Below are positions 15,668 through 33,725 of a stretch of 64,000 nt of DNA, piece after piece. This DNA comes from the human T2T-CHM13v2.0 reference genome, Homo sapiens: the NCBI RefSeq assembly GCF_009914755.1, contig NC_060934.1. One strand, 5' to 3'. Positions within the stretch are counted from its first letter, which is position 1; every line of letters starts with the position of its first letter. The position numbers were made by a program, and so were the translations under genes. The notes beneath the pieces are model-generated. The model ran no database searches. It saw nothing but the letters and a program-made list of their open reading frames with translations, and was not told the origin of the DNA.

Positions 15668-16856
15668 CTAGCTAAGGATCCTTAGGGAATGAATGGCTCA
15701 TGGCAGGGAGATGCAAATTACAAAATGTTAAAACAAAACAAAGATCTCCCCCATAGCTCTTTTCAATGAATTCTAGGTACAACAACCAGTCACCTACTCT
15801 CTTCGGGAACATTTTCACAGATGTCAATGTGGACAAGGGCAGTGGCATTTGGTAGTAAGAACCCACTTACAAATAAATTAGGGTTTTTAAGGTGGAAGAA
15901 AGAAAAGAAACCAAAGCGGAAAGTCATCAAGATAAAAGCCTGGGCTAGAAGCTGGAAAACCTGAGGTCTGGTTCAAGTTCTCAGTTCCAGTTCTACTTAG
16001 TCACCCTGCACCTAACGACGTGCTTCTGTTAAAGAAGGGTTGGGGCTCACGTTAAAGGAGTTTAAACATGAGTATCCAGTTCTGTGATCTGATGCAGAAA
16101 ATTGGCAAATGGTACCTCATTCTGTGAGAGTAAATTATATTTTCACCATTCCAAGATAAGGTAAGAATAGATTTGTTAGAAAGGATTCCCCACTAAGATT
16201 TGAGTTAATCACCATTCAGGGATTTCCCACGTCTCGCTCCTTCCCTTCCTTCTACAAACATTCATTATATACCTATAATGAGTTAGGTACTCTTCATAAA
16301 AGTGTGGATTAAAGGTTCTGAGAAAAAGAAAAGCTAAGCCTCTATATTTGATGACAAGATGTTAAGAACAAGTGAATGTGAAAACGTATACCACTATGAT
16401 GGGAAATCTGCTTTTAAATAATAGCTTAGAAAGTGATGGTATGTGCATATAGGTGACAAAGGGAACCCAAATTTTAATCATTTCCTGCAGGATATGAAAT
16501 AAAGCCCCAAACACTCTTATGAAGCCTCAAAGCTCTCCAGTAACTTTACTAACCAAGTGATATGTAAGTCAGTTTCATAAATTTTTGAATATAGGCATCA
16601 AATCAGTTCCAAGAGCTCAGCAGCAGAAGATTGCAGCAGGGACATCCCACTGCCTAGGAACTGAGGACATATTTTAGACATCTATTAAAGCATATCCGGA
16701 TTTGGCTTTGGTCAGTCAGAGAAATCAGGTTTGATGGAGAAGGACCTAGGAATTAACCTAAAAGGAAGAGGGGATAAACTTCTTTATTGTGAAAGGCTGA
16801 CTTAGGGTACATGGTTGCCAGGTCAGAAGGAAATGGAAACAATTTAAAAGTAATTA

Positions 16857-17636
<780 letters not shown>

Positions 17637-17756
17637 TCATATAAAGTTTAAAGAAGATACTATTTATGAAGAAAAGATATTCAGTAGAAATATCTCACAG
17701 AACCTACACAAAAAACATTTATAGAATGTCAGTAAGTTTAAAAAATTTTAAAAGAA

Positions 17757-18378
<622 letters not shown>

Positions 18379-19594
18379 TCAGCCTGCAGCATTTCATGAG
18401 TGAAAAAAGCAGGTTGACAAAGAGGAGTAAGTATATTGTCCAAAGATGTTCAAAAATGTTCTATCTGAAATGGGCTTGGCTTCCTTACGTCCAGGTTGGG
18501 TGGAGATCACCATTGGCGATGCTGTAACTTTAGATGAATGCCTCTGTCCTGTGACTTACTGGTTTGGGGCACTGGAGCACCAGAACAATCCTTTGTAAGC
18601 ACAAACAATTAAAAATAGATTGTTTTCATGCCCTGGACTCTACAGGGTTTTAAAGTTTCTCTGTCTTAAACCATCTAGTTAAACTCAGTTAACTGGGAGA
18701 TTTTTATCCCTATATACTCACAAAGAACATGATTGATCTAGAAAACTTTATCCATGTGAGCACACAAGGAACTTGCCCAGTTAGAGACAGGGAAGGCTGG
18801 TTAGGAATAAGGGGCAGGAGAAGGTTTTCTGGCACTCTGCTTGCTTTTTCCTGCAGCCACTGATGTTCTGCGGGCAGGTAGACAACCAGGAGAGCCCACA
18901 GAAGTGGCTTTAAACTGTGAGACATCTGATGTTGAGGGTGAACTATGCTGTAGACAAAACCTACATGCACGGTAACATTTCTACTGAAAATGCTCTCAGC
19001 AGTTTCTAATTGGAATATTTCTGGAGAGATCTGCTTCTTCCATTTCCAAGCCATTGATGATGCTCATTAGGCTTGCGGTTGGGGATGTGGCAGGAGGGGA
19101 AGGGGAAGAAGCTACAGGGGACTCAAAGGGCATCAGGAAAGGAGGAGGGGCTCAGGACAGGCCTGGGATGGGGAGATGGGGCTGAGGAGGGAGGGACAGG
19201 AGCAGCGATGGAAGCAGAGGACGGGGCTCATGCCACTGAGTGATGTGTATTGGGGAGAAGAGTGTAGGTGGTGGTCGCGGGCGATACCAGGGCAGGAGGT
19301 CCTCAAACGATGGCCGGCAGAGTTTGCTTTTCCTCTGTCTTCAAGCCATCCCTCCCTGCACCGCAAGACCCCTGTTTATGGCGAGGCACTGGGCTGGGTG
19401 GGGAGCGGGGGAGAAGCACAGGAGGTGTGGAGCTAATGCCAAGGAAGGAAGAGTGCAAAGGTGCCCCCTCCAGAGCAGAAGGCACGTCCCTGGCTGTCAC
19501 CTGCTGGTTTCTGGAAGGGGCTCTGGAGGCCGGTGATGGCCTCCTGGGTTTGCCCTCTCACTTTCCACTGTCTCTTGAACCCGAGGAAGGCTGC

Positions 19595-19730
19595 TGCTGC
19601 TAGCGCATCCGCTTTCAAACTACATCTGAGCACTCCACACCTTCTTCTAGGAGGTTCCCCAGATTGCTGCTAGCGCATCTGCTTTCAAATTACTTCTGAG
19701 CACTACTCAACTTATTCTAGCAGGTCCCCC
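19595..19730. repeat. 70-bp tandem duplication, 2 diverged copies
   Basis: tgctgctagcgcatc.gctttcaaa.tac.tctgagcact at 19595 and 19665. Confidence 0.9.
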
Positions 19731-20199
19731 ACCTTTTCTGCCTTCCTAAGGCATTTTCCTTGGCTAAGAAGTCTCCGTGGATCAATGTGATCCTAAGGCC
19801 TCGCGCTGACACAGGGAAGGACTCGGAGAGCCCCGAGTCAAGTCCATCCTAGAGATTCTCTTCCCCGATGCCTTTCCTCCTCACTATGGCAAACCACTTC
19901 CCTTCACTGACCCACGAGAGAGAACTTCCTGATTCAGGAGGGACAGGAAGAGAGTGGAGATGGGGACAGTTCATTTTCTTAACCCCTGGAATGATGGGAG
20001 TTGACAGAGGAAAGGCGCCTTCCCTTCCTTTCCAGCAGCACAAAACCAGGTCTGCACTGGGAAGATTTGGTTTAAGCTATGAACGTGGACTTCTCCATCA
20101 TCTAAGTGATGAATCTGTCTTTCACAGGATTCTTCTATAAAGCCTTCATAGCCAGAAGTGATTTTGAGGTCCCTGCCAACTTAAATTAGGTTAAAAACC

Positions 20200-20660
20200 T
20201 TTTCCTAAAGAGATATGACAACCAAACGCGATGCATGATCCTGGCTTGAATCCTAGATGGGGTGGGGGCTACAAAGGGCATTATTGGAGGAAATTGACAC
20301 AATTTTAAGATGGACGTGGATCAGATAAATATTGTATCAACATTAACTTCCTCCTCTTGGCCACCATATTGTGGTTATGCGAGGAAATATCTTTGACTTT
20401 AGGAAATAAAGTCAAATATTGAAAGGTAGAGGAGCACAATGTTTCCAAACTACTGGCACATGGTTGGGGTGGGAAAAATGAGATGGGGGAAGAGAAGGCA
20501 AGAAAGTGGGGTGAGGAGTGGGGGGAGGAAGGGAGCGAGAGTGAAGGAGGGGGGCCAATGTCAACAATGAGTGGTTCTGGTAAAGCGTATGAAAGTGCTC
20601 TGCCTATAATGGAAATTTTTCTGTAAGTTTAACATTTTATCAAAATTCAAAGTTACTAAA
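20200..20660 (+). mobile_element. Old L1M (L1ME-like) 3' UTR fragment
   Basis: agagatatgacaaccaaa...atgatcctgg...; ttttctgtaagtt...aaaattcaaagtt. Confidence 0.6.
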
Positions 20661-22769
20661 ATTTTTTCCTAAAAACCTGAACATTTCCCCTCGTGATCGG
20701 CGAGAAGCCCCTAATTCCAAGTAACTCTCTGAATCACGTATCCTTTTTAAATAAACGATGAGGTTCACTTGCCCGAAAGACCTCATCAAAATTCAACAAA
20801 GAGAATACGTTTTCTTTGAAAACGAAGTTTCAGGAGTGAATTTTAATCAAACCAAGATGGCGCTTGGCTTCAAATATTTCCAAGAAACATCAAGTGCCAA
20901 GAAAGTTGGCGTCTCCAAAGGTCCAGCCATCACTGTGGTGATTCACTATTCACTTAGTCAACTCTGTGGTGAATTCTCTCAGGCATCTCAACAGTCCAGG
21001 GTGGGGTAGTGGGTGTGGATAATGACTCAGAAAAATGGTATCTTCAAATCCAAAATTTCGTTTTTCAAAGCACTGGGATTCCCTCAGAGCCCTTTATGCA
21101 CACAATGGATACAAACTTTGGGATGATACAACCATTTTAGAATTTAAAGCTCCCATTCGTTTGCCAGACCTAGGGCAAGAAGAAATAATTTTTACTCCCT
21201 TCTGAATAGTAATATTAAACATAAATGTTTTTGTTTTCTAGAAATTTTGACTTAACTTTGCTACTTAGTAGGGTTAGCTTAGGACCCCCTAATTGCTGCA
21301 ATTCAACTTTACGTGGCTCTAGAAGGGTGTAAAGCATATACAGTTTGTTTATTCTCTAAATAATCTAATAAATATTTATCACAATTTAGAACTCAAAATG
21401 TGAGAACAAAGAAGATATATATATTTGTTCATTTGATTTTTTTAAGCTTAAAACTTCATTATTGTCTTGTTTTTTTCCTTCTAAATTTTTCTTTCCTTGT
21501 TTAGAGAAGGATGTTATATATATAGTAATAAGTATTGTGTCATTTTTCCAGGTTTAGCTGACACATGTTTGGGATTGGCTGGAATAGTAAGAGAGAGTTG
21601 AGGAAGAATCTAAACAGAATCCTACCCCATCTGTCCTTCATTCTTTCAAAGACAGATCCCACGAATGTGGTGGGGAAAGGCAGAAAAAGAGGGTGGAAGA
21701 GAAATTGAGTATTTGTGTATGTGTATGCACATGTGTGTGTGTGTGTGGGTGGGTGGGTGTGTGTGTGTAGAAGGCAGTGAAATAGGTAGAAAGGAGGTTC
21801 TTGTCTTAGGGATGGTCAGATATTGGTAGGTCACAGCTTGAAACTGTGCAAAGGACAAATCAGCACGAATACTTTTAGGTTGCCTGATGTTGCTGATGGG
21901 TTTCTTTCTCTCTGTATACACTGACTGAAAAATCATAGCAAATCTCACTCAATGTTTCTCACGCAGGGATGTGATCCAACACAGAGCATAGAACTAAGAT
22001 GTATTATAAGGATTAGGGCGGATTTAAGGGTCAAACTCTTCCACAACCAGAGAGCTTTATCGAAATAAAATATTGTGACCTGGCTTTTAAAATTTTTTTT
22101 ATCTTATTCACATGTAGTTAAACTGTAAAGGAAGAAATTATAAAAGCACATATTAAGTAATAGAAATAAGGTGAAAGGAACAAAGTTGTACTTTTCAGTT
22201 TTCAAAAATGCTAAGATCATTTCAAATTCTACACACTATGAAAGAAATTTAGCTTTGCCCCTTCCTTAAGAGAAATTTCAGTCCCTCGTCACTGCATACA
22301 CCCTCAAGTACCCTGAATAAAAGATGAAGAAAAGATCACAGGTTAAGGCTCAGACCTCAAAGTAAGTGTTTTCCAGTCCTGTCACCATCTACCAGCTCCT
22401 AAGATGAAAGGAAGGGAATAAAGTAAAATCTTTTTCTGGTACAGCCCTGAGGCATGTGAGAAAGAATTCAGGTTGAAGCCTGACACAGAGACAAACAGTC
22501 CATTTAGACAGAGCCTGTGTGCTTTTTTTCTTCTCTGAACCTTTGTATTATTAAATATTAAGACACCAGTATTGCTGGAAGAAAGAAAAGGAGTGACTTG
22601 ACCTCTGAAAACACAGATGAGCTAGTGCTACATACTCAGTATATAAACTATTTATATTTAGCTGGGAAACATTGTTCAGAGGTAAAAGTATATAATTTTT
22701 TGAAATTTTAATTTTGAAGTGATGAAACAGAAATGCCTTTGGCAAATGTTAATTTCCTTTAAACTTAAC

Positions 22770-24910
<2,141 letters not shown>

Positions 24911-24916
24911 TATATC

Positions 24917-25237
24917 TAGTTGTCCCTCAGCGTCTATGGGGGACTGGTTCAAGGACCTCCTAGAGATACCAAAATCCACAGATGCTCAAGTCCCTGATGT
25001 AAAATGGGGTAGGATTTGCACACAGCCTGTGCACATCCCCGCTGTGTACTTTAAATCATTTCGTGATGACTTATAATACCTAATACAAGGTAATGTTATG
25101 TAAATAGTTGTTCTGCTGTATTGGTTTTTAATTTTTTAACTGTTGTATTGTTCTTTTTTATTGATTTTATTCCCAAGTATCCCTAGTTGGTTGAATCCTT
25201 GGATGCGGAACTGGAAGAGATGAAGGGCCGACTGTAT
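24917..25237. mobile_element. MER2 (Tigger MITE)
   Basis: agttgtccctc...ggggactggttc.aggacc ... agggccgactgta termini. Confidence 0.85.
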
Positions 25238-25656
25238 ACACTTAAAGACTTCAGTAATATATCTTTTCCTTTAAAGTTTAATATTGGCTTATTTCAAAGA
25301 AACACAAGCTCATTTCCCCCGTTCGTGATGGAATGGGAAGTTTGCTCCACATTTCAGCCCCTTTCTTGGGGTGGACACTGGCTGGGTACGTGGGGCCTGG
25401 GCTCTTACAACCAGCATTTCCAGCTTCGGGGGAAGGAACCAGGAGAGTGAGGGAAAGGCCGCCCCAGGGAGAAGAAGTGGGGAGTTTCCATCTGTGAAGA
25501 GGCGAGATGACTACGGGAGGACCCCAGACACCTTCCCTGTCAGCTTCGCATGTGAAACCCTGAGCCACTCATTCAATAACTGCTGGTGCTGCTGGAGCAG
25601 GCCCATCGCGGCACTGTCAGAGGCCACCTGAGAGCTAAGAAAGCCCCAGTCCTGCT

Positions 25657-25928
25657 GGGGAGACAAGGCCCTAGAGGGAGGGGACAGAGGCCCTAGAGGG
25701 AGGGGACAGAGGCCCTGGAGGGAGGGGACAGAGGCCCTATGAGGGAGGGGACAGAGGCCCTACGAGGGAGGGGATAGAGACTCTACGAAGGAGGGGACAG
25801 AGGCCCTAGAGGGAGGGGACAGAGGCCCTAGAGGGAAAGGACAGAGGCCCTATGAGGGAGGGGACAGAGGGCCTACAGGGAAGGGACAGAGGCCCTAGGA
25901 GGGAAGGGACAGAGGCCCTAGGAGGGAA
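25657..25928. repeat. G-rich minisatellite, 22-24-bp unit GGGGACAGAGGCCCTAGAGGGA, about 12 copies
   Basis: visible tandem array. Confidence 0.95.
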
Positions 25929-26534
25929 GTGATGGGGCAAAGCCCGGCAGGGAGGAGATGGGAGCCTGGCATTCATGGAAAAGTGGATGGTGCCACTTTG
26001 CAGAGTTGTTTTGACACCAAGGACATTCCACGGTGAAATAAAAGAAACCAGCCATTCCTATTTTTCATGTTATTCACCCACACAGTGGCTCAGCCCAGGC
26101 TGGGGTCTGCTCTCTGGGGTGGGGTTCAGAGAGGCTACAGTGAGGATGGAGGGAAGAGGCAGGGGGCCCATGGTCTCTAGTTTTAATAGGGCCATTGGAA
26201 CCAGCTCCTCCTGGTTCTTTAATAGGGTCACTGGAGGGGCCTCCCCTCGCTGAGTCTTCCTCCCTGTCCCTCCACACCCCAAACTGCCTCCACCATATCC
26301 TCCTCCTCTATGAACTGAGTAGGACAACATCCTCACTGAGCTGGAGCGAAGAACATGGCTGCATCTCCTGGGCTCCTGACTCAGGATCGAAGCTCAGAGG
26401 CTGAAAGGGGACACTCTCCTCTTAAACCAGTTTCATGACTACGAGGTGAATTAATGCCATCCAGTCCACCTGAAAATCTGAGCCAAGGATCAGTGTGTGT
26501 GTGACTGATCCTAAATATATGAAGAACCAATTAA

Positions 26535-26682
26535 ACACACACATACGTACACACTTAAAGACACACACACAGACTCTTATAGACACACACACTCACATTC
26601 TCACAGATACACACTCATAGATACACACTCTCATGGACACACACACAATTGTACTGCCACACACACACACACACACACACAC
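26535..26682. repeat. Compound (CA)n tract
   Basis: visible. Confidence 0.9.
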
Positions 26683-26796
26683 CTCTCTTTCAAAGTGAAA
26701 TGCACCAAATAAGTTATTTCCCAAAATTAAAACAGAAGTTCTTTTCCTATTGCTCAGAAATTGCAGTGAGGCTTAAGATGAGTGGCTTTTCCTCAC

Positions 26797-26874
26797 CTGA
26801 TTAATCGACACAAAAGACAGGTATTTATGGGCAGCAGGAATAGCAGGAGAATAAGTAGAAGCATATACAGGTTC
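26797..26874 (-). CDS. SVIL: Alternative SVIL cassette exon, 78 nt, EPVYASTYSPAIPAAHKYLSFVSINQ
   Basis: long polypyrimidine tract, ctctgtag|GAACCT...AATCAG|gtgagg; phase 0-0, no stop. Confidence 0.75.
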
Positions 26875-27401
26875 CTACAGAGCAAAGCAAGAGGGTTTAA
26901 GGTGAAAAGAGAAGATTTATCAGAGCGGGGCCGGGCAGGGACATGGGGGAGGGAGAGACAAAACAATGATTTTTCTAACAGAATGTTAATTTACTCATTG
27001 CAATTTCAGTTCTCTTTTCAAGAGAGTCCTCCCTTGAATGCTAATGCTAAAGTAAATCCACACAAGCGCGGTAAATATACCTGAGTCAGCTTTGTGCAGT
27101 AATTAAATGAGTTAATTTATAGAAGATTGTCAGTTACAGAGAGAGGAACCATGACTTTCATTGACAGTTTTAACATTTAACAGAAAATATCATCTTCTTT
27201 AAAGTATCTTCATTACATGATTAAAAAATAGTTTAAGGGCACGGGCTCAGCTCTCCACTCCGGACAAAGGCTGTGTCTGGTCTGGAGATAAGAAAAGCAC
27301 CAGGGAGGGTGCACGAAGGAACCACCCAGGATCAGGATTACCCACGCGAAGTGTAATTCTGGCCACCATCGAGAGGACACCTGTGTTAGAGTCAGGCTTA
27401 C

Positions 27402-27449
27402 CCAAAGCAGATTAGAAATGGCACTATCATCCGCAACTCCTCCTTCTTC
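27402..27449 (-). CDS. SVIL: Alternative SVIL cassette exon, 48 nt, EEGGVADDSAISNLLW
   Basis: tttgttttaacctgtag|GAAGAA...CTTTGG|gtaagc; phase 0-0, no stop. Confidence 0.75.
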
Positions 27450-27762
27450 CTACAGGTTAAAACAAACAGGGAACATGGCAGAGTATTGGAAGAGAAGAGC
27501 CTGGTCAGGGCATCGCAATCACCTTCAAGTATTTCATGCCTGGGTTCAAACAGCAGCATGCACGTGCTCACACAATAGGGTGATGTGAACCTCAGGCCAA
27601 CTCATTCCGTGACCGCAGAATGATCATCTGGAGTTTAGAGAGCATTCCCTCAGCCTTTCTCTCCCTCCCATCCTCGCACTTTAAAGTGACTTCATTCTCC
27701 TGCACTATGATCTGGAATTTCAATGGCAGCAGACACTGAGCATATAAATGTGCCAGATTCAC

Positions 27763-27801
27763 CTTTCTTGAAATTTCGGGCACTTGTTCTGGGGCTGTCA
27801 T
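27763..27801 (-). CDS. Candidate coding part of an internal alternative first exon, MTAPEQVPEISRK
   Basis: ATG at 27801, 13 codons, then AAG|gtgaat phase-0 donor matching the phase of this intron. Confidence 0.4.
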
Positions 27802-28334
27802 AGATCTGAGCTGGATACACTGACCTCACAGCTGCAGAAGCACAGTGGGATATCCAGTTCCCTCTGGAACTCAGAAACAGACACAGGGTTTTAATGGCCA
27901 AGTCTATAAAGGGTTTTCACTTCTTGGAAAATGTCTGATTCGCTGGATGACTATCTTCACAAAAGACGTGGGAGCCACCGTGTGTGCCTTAACGTCGAAT
28001 AAACCGAAATAGGGATGGAATTGAAAATAACTATTTGGTGAAAATAAATACATAACTGAAAGTTAGTTGTAACAGAGACTGCTGCCAAACCACTTCTTTG
28101 AGACTTTGCTTCGTTTGATTTCTCTCTGGTGGAATGAGTTACTCTGGAGGAAAGTGTACACAAGCCATGCTCAAGTGCACATAAACCACACCGTGCAGAC
28201 CAGACCAAATCCACAAAACAGACAGCTTTACCGTCTTTAGACCAAGTATATATGCTACGAGACTCACACATGTTTAAGTCAGGTTAGCCTGGCCTAGACT
28301 ATACCAAGAATAGGTGAAAGATAATAAGGGCAGC

Positions 28335-28386
28335 AAGGAAGAGAAAGAAAGAGAAAGAGGGGGAGAGAGAAAGGGAGAAGGAGGGG

Positions 28387-28430
<44 letters not shown>
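28335..28430. repeat. Polypurine (GA)n tract
   Basis: visible. Confidence 0.9.
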
Positions 28431-28433
<3 letters not shown>

Positions 28434-28570
28434 CCCAAACAGTTTTTCACAGGAAATGACAGAACTAGCTAGGTAAACAATTAGTGCTCTTAAGCTCTTG
28501 ATCATCAATCCTCATTTTGGGGGGAGGGTGTGTAAAATGGGGAAAGAAGGAACTGCTGGTAAGTTTCCTA

Positions 28571-29240
<670 letters not shown>

Positions 29241-31631
29241 CCAAAGTAAATCTTAACATAATAAAAGACCTAAAATGAGATGCTGGCTGGAGCCCCTCAA
29301 ATATGTTTTCTTTTGAGACCAATCCATTGACAGAAACAAAACAGTTACAGATTTTTCAAGACATCCTTTATCGTACTTTTTTAATGTGACTCCAAGGAAA
29401 TTTCAAAATGACCTGTGTGGCACACATTCTATTTTTACAGGATGGTGCTGACTTCTATGTTGCACGTGTTTTCACAGGAGCAATGGAAGGAACTTCTAGA
29501 GTCCCCTCTCTTTCCTGCCTCTTCTACATTTCCACAGACTGCACACTCACGGCAGCAGCCTCTCAGCACACAAAAGGAACGTAGGAACCGTGAAGGGCGT
29601 GATGAGCTGACCATAACGCCGGCTCCTTTCTGCCTTTGGTGCTAAAGATGGAAGGTTCCGGCACCTGCTCTCCTGGGTACCTCTCCGTCAGCAAGGCTAG
29701 AGCTACTCCGTGCAGCAAGCGCCCCTGTTCAGGCCCCACGTGTCATGACTGTCTGTCCTTCTCCAAGGCAGCATTCAGACACCCCGCAAGCAGTGGGCAT
29801 CTCAAGCCTCCTCAGCTACTGGGGGAATCCCTCAAGACAGACCAGGTTTAAGGCGCCTCACCCACCACATCTGAGCACAGCCGGCGGGTGACTGAAAACA
29901 GTGCCAGCCCTCGGGAAGGAACGAACCGAGGGGTCGTCAGAGGCTGTCTGAGAAACACCTGACCTCAACAGAACCTGAGATTGCCCAGTGTGGGCTACAA
30001 AGGCCTAAAATAGATCCGCTTATTTTAGCTTCAAAGAGCTTATTGTCTCCAGCCAAAGGGAAGCAGGCCACTGAGAAGAGTGGGAGAGTTCACCGTCTGC
30101 AGAAACAGCAGCCTCCACGCGCCCAGAGGCAGCATTTCCCATTCCAGCCCTAGCCTGCTTGCAAGTCCCGGGGCTTCAGGTCACTGGATTATCAACCCCA
30201 AGGGCAACTGCAGTCAACTGGCCTCTCTTGCCTTCTAAAAACCTTAGCCAGCGTTCAGGTGGTTCGGATCTCATCCTCCACTCAAAGCCTTCTGGCTTCC
30301 ACACCTAAGGTGATCCTCCATTCTTCTAAGGGGGCAGTGCACCCATTTCACTATTCACCAGGAACCTCTTTTGCTTCGTGCTTTTTGGCTTCATTTAAAT
30401 TTCCACTGGCTCTCTGGGACTCCCAGTTCCTGATGGGCCGGGGAGTCTCTGCACCTTCCAAAATGATGGACAAGGGGCCAGGCGCTGCTTGGTGCCAGGA
30501 CATAGTAGTTGGCAGGTTTGCTAATGAGGAATGTGTTAAAGTCATTTTTGAAGCAATGATTTCAAGATTCTTTTAAATAAAGTTTGCGGGTAGCAGGGAT
30601 ACATTATTTGACAGATGGATTTTCACTTCAGGATCACATTTTTGAAATCTGAATTTCACACGGTGTGTGAAAAATATGCACATGCATATACTTTCTAAAT
30701 ATCTAGTTATATTTGAGAATTTTACAAATGGCCAAGGCTTAAATGTCTTTAGTTAAATCATCTTTAACACCATGTATGTCTCAAAGAAGAGAATTCAAAT
30801 TGCCATTCCAGTGAAACCTAAGAAGACACAGAAGTATCAGAGGAAATAGTGTCAGAACTCCTGACTCACACTTCTATGTGCACATCTCATTTTTATGTAC
30901 GTTTCTTAATGCATGAAAGTCACACTCATCATCTCTCCCTTCCACAGATGCTTAACTTATTTTAGAGCTAGAAGGGGCCTGGGGATCATCGGGTTGAAAG
31001 CATTCTTTTTCTTTTCTACTTGAAGACTTCTGATCCTAGAAAGTGACCAGGGAGTGTGTCACCGGTGCATCATTTCGCCTCCAGCCAGAAGGTGCATTTG
31101 CAATTGTAGGGCCAGCCAGCAAGTAAGTCACCATCAGTTTCAAAAGTGTGCACTACCTGGTCAAAAGCTGGTCATCATCACATCTGTGATTTAACAATTC
31201 ATCAATACTTTCGCATATGAAATGCTTGCTAGTATTGATCACCATGCATTACCTAATTTTGTTTCAACTTATACATTACTGTACATTCTCAATAAAAGGC
31301 ATAGCTACTCATGAAACACGCTTAAATGATGAACTAAATACTCATAAACCACAATTATGTCCTTATTTTTTATACTTAGGTTTAAAATCTCTGCATGGGA
31401 AACACAAGTCTGTATTTTACATGGAACTTAAAGATATTAGTGGTGAATTCAATTTTTTTCATTATAAAGGCTTTAATAACACATGAAAGCCAGACTTCAT
31501 TTAAGAAGGTTTTTAAACTGAAGAAAAAGTCCACACTTTAAAATTCAGGCACTTGCTTGCTGACATAGTGTGTGTGTGTTGCTGATCCCAGTTTTAAAAC
31601 ATCTCCAGGCACAGCCTTCTGCCCAATTTTA

Positions 31632-32111
<480 letters not shown>

Positions 32112-32337
32112 TTACAGTTGATTGAAACACAGAGCTGAAATCTGACTTGCTAGATAAAAGATGCACCATCATTCCAGCCAAGGATGTCTGTTCCTTGGCC
32201 TTGGGCTGAAAGCAAGAGAACCGTCCCCAGAGAAAAATGTCTTTTAGCGACGCCTTCTGGTCACTTGTGAAATAACATTAAAGGACTAAAGCTGTGTTAC
32301 AGAAAATGATGCAGACATGGGCTTAAAAACATAAAGC

Positions 32338-32656
<319 letters not shown>

Positions 32657-33194
32657 TTAGAGGTAAAATTTGATGTTTATGACTGTTTCTCCTCAGGTGT
32701 TCTAAGCCCTATTCTTTTCCTACAAATGAATTTGATCATTCTTATCCATCTTCTTTAGACAGAAACTATTTTCTATAAACCCATTTTTTAAAATTATCAC
32801 TTCAACTTTCCTCAGGGGAAGGATATACACAAAAAAAGAATCTAATTAACTGATATTGTTAACTAACCTACTTTAGCTCAATGATGATGTGACTTGATAG
32901 GCAGTGCTTGAATACTGGAATCCTGAAAGGTTATTTTTCACAAACTTGAGGCTATTTCAGCTAACTGTATTGCATGAATGAAGAAATCTTAGGTATTTAC
33001 GCTGGACAAACAAACATGGGAAAGATAAAAGGTAAAAAAAAAAAAAAAAGGTGGTGATCACTAAACTCATTTGAGCCGATGCTCAAACAATTTAAAGAGT
33101 AGGGAAAAGCCAAATAATTAGATCCTTTTCCCTCTGTGCTGGACCTGATGGGCCAGGTCTTATTGATATCACTAATGCATAATCCACAAATGGT

Positions 33195-33286
33195 ATAAAT
33201 ATTTTTATCCATAAATATTAAATCCATAAATATTAAATCCATAAATATTTTTATCCATAAATATTAAATCCATAAATATTTTTTAT
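33195..33286. repeat. AT-rich 15-16-bp tandem repeat (ATCCATAAATATTAA)
   Basis: about 6 copies visible. Confidence 0.9.
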
Positions 33287-33294
33287 TGTTATAA

Positions 33295-33725
<431 letters not shown>

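Noticed and set aside
16116-16121. 6-nt AG...GT micro-exon look-alike
   Set aside because: Encodes an in-frame TGA and lies in MIR-like sequence
31156-31183. 27-nt AG...GT segment on the minus strand
   Set aside because: Reads ATG TGA in the phase-0 host intron and has a weak donor; no further support
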